DNA from: an uncultured delta proteobacterium | GTDB lineage: Bacteria; Desulfobacterota; Binatia; UBA9968 | Direction of reading: 5' to 3' | DNA length: 64,000 nucleotides | Assembly (NCBI GenBank): GCA_963804165.1 | Contig: CAWDPO010000006.1 | Coordinates: 160,001 to 224,000, forward strand | Shown: positions 62,803 to 64,000 of the stretch, one piece after another | Numbering within the stretch: position 1 is the stretch's first letter | How the letters are laid out: every line of letters starts with the position of its first letter | Position numbers and translations under genes: made by a program | Notes under the pieces: generated by a model | The model's input: the letters and a program-made list of their open reading frames with translations, nothing else | Told to the model about the DNA's origin: nothing | Databases searched by the model: none

Positions 62803-64000
62803 CTAGATCTGTTCCAGCTCCTCGCTCAGGCGCTGCTGCTGATAAAGCTCGGCGTAAACGCCGCCGTCGCGCACCAGTTTGTCGTGATTGCCGCGCTCGA
62901 CAATCTTGCCTTCATCGAGCACGAGAATTTCGTCCGCCTCGCGCACGGCGGAAATCCGGTGCGAAATAATCAAGCAGGTTTTTTCTTTGAGAATCGAGCG
63001 GAGCTCGTGGAGAATCTCGGCTTCGGTCTGGGCATCGACGCTGGATAGACAATCGTCCAGAATCAACACCGGGGGATTCATGATCAGGGCGCGCGCCAGT
63101 GTAGCGCGTTGCTTTTGTCCGCCCGACAGCGTGACGCCGCGCTCGCCGACCACGGTATCGAGTCCCAGCGGGAAAAATTTCCACGTCACGGTCCAGCTTG
63201 GCAATCTCGACGGCGCGGGCGACCTCTTCCGCGGATAACTTTCCCGGCCCAGGGCAAGATTCGCCTTCAGAGAGGTGGAAAAAAGAAATGGCTCCTGGGG
63301 CACGTAGCCGATCAAGCGGCGCAGCTCGCGCAATGCAACTTGCGATATATCCTGACCGTCCACGAGAATCGCGCCGGCCGAGACATCGAAGAGCCGCGGC
63401 ACGAATTGCGCCAGCGGTGCTCTTACCCGAGCCGACGCGTCCGACCAAGCCCACTGTACGGCCGACGGAAAGCGCGAAATTGATCTCTTCGACCGCCCCA
63501 CGGCCGTTTTTTTGCCGCTCGTAGGCGAAGGAGACGTCGCGGAATTCGATGCCTTCCTTCAGTCCGTCGATCGCCTGAGGCACCACTCCGTCCCTAATTT
63601 CGGGGTTCGTCTGGAGAATTTCTTCCAGGCGGCGCATAGCGGCGCGGCCGCGCTCGACCAGAGAAAGCATCCAACCGAACGCCGCCGTGGGCCACGCCAG
63701 CACGTTGAGATAGGCGATAAACGCGACGATATCGGCGACCAGCAGGTCGCCGCGCATCACCCGAACGCCGCCGTACCAGATCACGATCACACGGTCAGGG
63801 CGTTGATCCCTTGCATGACCGGATTGACGATGCCGCGCATCTTCGCCAATTCCATGCTTTTGACTTCGTAGTCCTTATTGAAACCGATGAACTGTTGAGT
63901 TTGATAATCCTCCTGCGCATAGGCTTTAACGACGTGCATCCCGCTCAGATTTTCCTGCACATGGCTGCTCAGAACCGACATTTGTTGTTGCACTTCGAGC
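62803..64000 (-). CDS. ABC exporter, fused permease/ATPase (MdlA-like), partial and frameshifted
   Basis: GRVGSGKST, VPQEPFLFS, LSGGQKQR and ILDDCLSSVD motifs; runs off the window end. Confidence 0.85.

Overview
High-GC bacterial chromosome segment. The gene content (many stand-alone NMT1/SsuA-type and TctC solute-binding proteins, LLM oxidoreductases, abundant REP/MITE-like intergenic repeats) suggests a Candidatus Binatia-like deltaproteobacterium; this is inference. Many genes carry single-base frameshifts, most likely uncorrected long-read errors. 1-40 kb: solute uptake and aromatic/organosulfur catabolism genes, an sX9-like sRNA (about 14.5 kb) and two probable selenoprotein genes with in-frame UGA in redox motifs (AhpD-like CxxU; peroxiredoxin-like UxxC). 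40.6-42.9 kb: an AT-richer sulfatase-fold gene beside tRNA-Asn. About 48.2-57.8 kb: a phage/satellite-like insert that appears to interrupt the 3' end of an esterase gene. It carries a terminase, PIN and NDT/TIR-like cargo genes, structured non-coding segments, and the most notable feature: a non-coding array (48945-49119) of five exact 35-bp units, each with two alternating conserved repeats separated by two unique 8-nt spacers. This resembles a TIGR (tandem interspaced guide RNA) array, but no Nop-domain Tas gene is recognisable in the window. 57.9-64 kb: htpX, an LLM enzyme, an aminopeptidase and two MsbA-type ABC exporters.
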